From Raillietiella orientalis (taxonomy: Eukaryota), in NCBI GenBank assembly GCA_036172245.1, contig JAYWIR010000002.1:1736001-1800000 (forward strand): a DNA stretch of 64,000 nt. Reading direction: 5' to 3'. The notes under the pieces were generated by a model, which saw nothing but the letters and a program-made list of their open reading frames with translations, was not told where the DNA came from and searched no databases. The position numbers and the translations under genes are program-made. Below, piece by piece: positions 60,831-64,000 of this stretch (position 1 is the stretch's first letter; the number at the start of each line of letters is the position of its first letter).

Positions 60831-62498
60831 TCCTTGGCACACTTGAAGAAATTTCTGAATGTTCACACTAATGACGACGGCTTGTTTAGTGAGCTCGCAT
60901 ACCAGCATCCGTTGAAATAAAAGGCTTGCGAAAAAACAGAGATCGCACAGAACTATTAACGGAAATGAGGATTAATTGAATGAACAGCAAAATAATGGAT
61001 CTGAAGATATAAATGAAACACAACTAACGAGAATCGGTGAATATCAAGCATGCATTGGGAAGGATACGATGCAGAAGTATCACAATGGACACACTGTAGA
61101 CTCAGATACCTGATAATCAGAAATTATCAATCCCTAAATGATACTTGATTAATGCTTGATTTTCCATTATCCGAGGAAAGATTAATGCCAGCAATGACTC
61201 AGCCATTTATCTAAAACGATCCGATGAACCGGCTGACAATTTGCGAATACATGTACACAGTAATGATCAAGTAGTTGTTTACTGGCAGTGTCATACAACG
61301 AGAGCTGAGCTAATCAATAAAGAGACGCACAAATTCCTCCTGGCACAAATTCTCCAAGTAGAGATTGATAATTTCGTGTTTTACGAATACTTCTGATTCG
61401 TTTCGGTAAAGCTTGAAGTGATCGCCAACATAAAAAGGGACGTGAGTTTTCATCTCTCTGAATCTCTAAGATTGGTGCCATACTTGAATGGTTTGTAAAA
61501 TCTACAAAGAATGGTTCCCTATCTAATCCCTAGAAATCAATGCAATAACTGAGAAGTATGTGAAAATATGCTAGTGAGATCAGAAATGCTTCCTTTGAAT
61601 ATTACCACTTCTGTAACGCACCCGCAGAAAAATAGTACTTAATAAAAATGTGCCCGTTGTGCACGAATCGACGAGTATGGCTTCCACATGCAATAAATGG
61701 ACCAAGCTCTGATCAGTGGCTTCCTTCAGCAATCCGTTACATATCTTTCGATTTTACAAAGATTTTTGTGAAAACTTGCTGTCTTGGACTCGACGGAGGA
61801 TCACCATAAAAGATGACGAAAAGCTTCAAAGCGGTCATCGTTGAACCATCACAAAGGAAATCTGTTCGAAAATAGGAGAAGTGATCTCTTGAAAAAGTCT
61901 TGAAATTTTTCACCCAAGTTCAAAAGTCACTACAGATGCTCACAACAAGTCGGTAAATATTCTATCCTGTACATGTGGTGGAGCTGATCCAAGTCATAAA
62001 AAATGGCTCTCGGCCGGCAAAACATGCCGAAGAAGAACTACTTTCGAAAACAGAGATCAGTTACTTTTAAAATGTTTACTTGAAGCTTCTTTGACCCTTG
62101 AAGAAACGAATGATCTCTTTGAAGGGACGAAAATTCGGTTGCCCATCCAAAAAAATCGCTGCCAATTTGAGGCCTGCAACTCTCTGCTTGCCTGGCTGGT
62201 TCGCTCAGATAATTTATATGGCTGCGGCGTATTAATCCATGAATGCTACTTTTTTGAATTATCCTCACGTCTGCAATCATTAGCTTTATTCTTATGAGTT
62301 CCCTGTATGAGCAAGTTCACTGAATGGAAATGAGCATCATAAAAAACGAATAGAAAACCCAGGCATGATGAAAGAATAAATATGAAAGATCATAACGTCG
62401 GGGATAGCAAAGAATCGCAAAAGTCAAAAAGTACATGTACAAAACGAAAAGAACGGAGCATGTCATCACGAATTAAGAAATGCTGAAACCAGAAACAG

Positions 62499-62539
62499 AA
62501 GTATTTCATAAGTATTTCATTCCTAGTATTTCATAAGTC
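62499..62539. repeat. Short tandem repeat (AGTATTTCAT x3)
   Basis: AAGTATTTCATAAGTATTTCATTCCTAGTATTTCATAAGT read directly. Confidence 0.7.
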
Positions 62540-62899
62540 ACAAAATTTTCGGCGTCGAGCACTTCCTAGTATCATAAATATAGATATATAAGTAGGTAGC
62601 GGAAATGAGAACATTTACTTGGAGTCAAAACAAGATACATGAATAATCGGGTATTCGGCTATCTAATAGGAATGAGATATGAAAACGAAACAACCAGCAG
62701 GATTTATGGGTCCAAACAAATGTAGGGATCGAACTCTGATCGCCAATAACATGCAAAAATCAGATTCTGTTTTGTTACGAGAAATGGAAACAGTGATATG
62801 AGAACTGTGTGGTTTCCTAAAATTCCAGAATTCGAATTTTGAAATTTGAAAAAAACACTTCCAACACCTAAAACCATGATACCGTCGAGGCTTATAAGC

Positions 62900-63220
62900 G
62901 GATGTACACGTTGGTACATTGGCTTAGAAGGACCGATGTCTGTGTGTGGTGAAGCTGTGTCTGTGTGCCAAAGGACCGTCTCTTCTAAGAGGAGACGGTT
63001 CTTTGGCAGCCCAACTACCGTGGTCCTCATTCGCGTACGACCAACCCGCATTTCTTAAAAGTATGCAAACAAACAAGAGAACCGAAGGAATGCAGGATAA
63101 TGTAGGAGTTACATCGATGGACTGTATAAGCCTGCAATTTTCCAAAAATAAGACTTGCTCCAAGAAATCCAGTGGAGCACCTGTGCGCACGATCCTTGGG
63201 AAGGGCAAGGATTTGGCTTA
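62900..63220 (+). mobile_element. Decayed RT fragment, homologous to 60740-60830
   Basis: Shares AAGTATGCAAACAAACAAGAGAACCGAAG and the upstream CTTTGG.AGC.CAACT..CGTGGT.CTCATTCG.GTAC with 60750-60829. The peptide FAYDQPAFL...LQFSKNKT is RT-like. Confidence 0.5.
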
Positions 63221-63837
63221 ATTCATACGACAAGAAATCAAATTAAATGTCTTGTACTTCATTCCTCTATTCAGATAAACACACGTTTTCATCCCTCTGA
63301 GATGATCGATCATTCATCATCAGTGATTCGGAATGCCATTTATCAAGAGGCAAGCAAAGCAAAACTTCAAGAGCCTCCATCGGCAGACACGTCTTCTCCC
63401 GAATTACCCACAAATGAACAACAAATACACCGAAAATGGAGGAATGGAGCGCAGGAAAACAAAACAAATGAGCGCTTTTCAGCCATTTTTCCTGTACCAT
63501 ATCAACCATCTGAAAACCTTAGAAGCGGACTGGTAAACTCTAGATTGTCTCTTTTCGGCGTCCAGTTAATCCGGATTTCAGTCAACACTCCATAGCCAAC
63601 ATGAAGATCTGTGACAAACACAGTGCAGGCTTTGCGGGGCGAATATCAGGTGTTAAAAAAAAACCAGCTGAATATTCCCCCCCCCCCCCCCAAAAAGGCG
63701 AACAATTCGAACGCAGAAACGGTTATGGAAAAATGAGGCAACTTCTTGACCTGTGAAAATATGCATCGAAATATGAAAAAAGAATATCCGGAACATAAAG
63801 AGGCTGAGTCATCTAGTCTTCTGACGAATAAGACCGC

Positions 63838-63876
63838 TTTCTCTCTCTATTTCTTTTCTCTCTCTCTCTCTCTCTT
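63838..63876. repeat. (CT)n microsatellite
   Basis: Imperfect CT dinucleotide run. Confidence 0.8.
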
Positions 63877-64000
63877 TTATGGACATCAATAAGTTTTGTC
63901 TACGGTGCTTACCCTCCATAAGGTATGACCAACACTCCCGTTATCCCAGCTGCACCAAGCACTTACTTATCTCTGTTTATTGCATCATGTCCAGAGAATA

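Overview
Eukaryotic (animal, probably arthropod) genomic DNA, not prokaryotic. It is mostly GC-rich and purine-tract-rich, with AT-rich islands and an AT-rich last ~4 kb. Three spliced protein-coding genes can be built by hand from GT-AG junctions with consistent phases. (1) An intron-containing HPDL (4-hydroxyphenylpyruvate dioxygenase-like) gene on the minus strand, about 9909..2157. (2) A two-exon Fer3/FERD3L bHLH gene on the plus strand, 34558..35919. (3) An unrecognised ~850-aa coiled-coil protein with about 7% Cys on the minus strand, about 60049/59931..57229. Most of the remaining sequence reads as decayed L1/Tx1-clade LINE fragments in both orientations. Several share a C-terminal W-x-H-L motif, a 3' UTR and a small terminal stem-loop, which I see in eight copies. 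Two copies are fused tail-to-tail at ~48600, and one young, internally deleted copy has a 12-bp target-site duplication. Also present: a 150-bp tandem array next to a possible Penelope-like endonuclease remnant, an 82-bp Tigger/pogo-type MITE, a tRNA-derived SINE head and one minimal hammerhead-ribozyme-like motif. All homology calls come from motif recognition by eye; no searches were run, and most long ORFs in the supplied track are GC-rich shadow ORFs.
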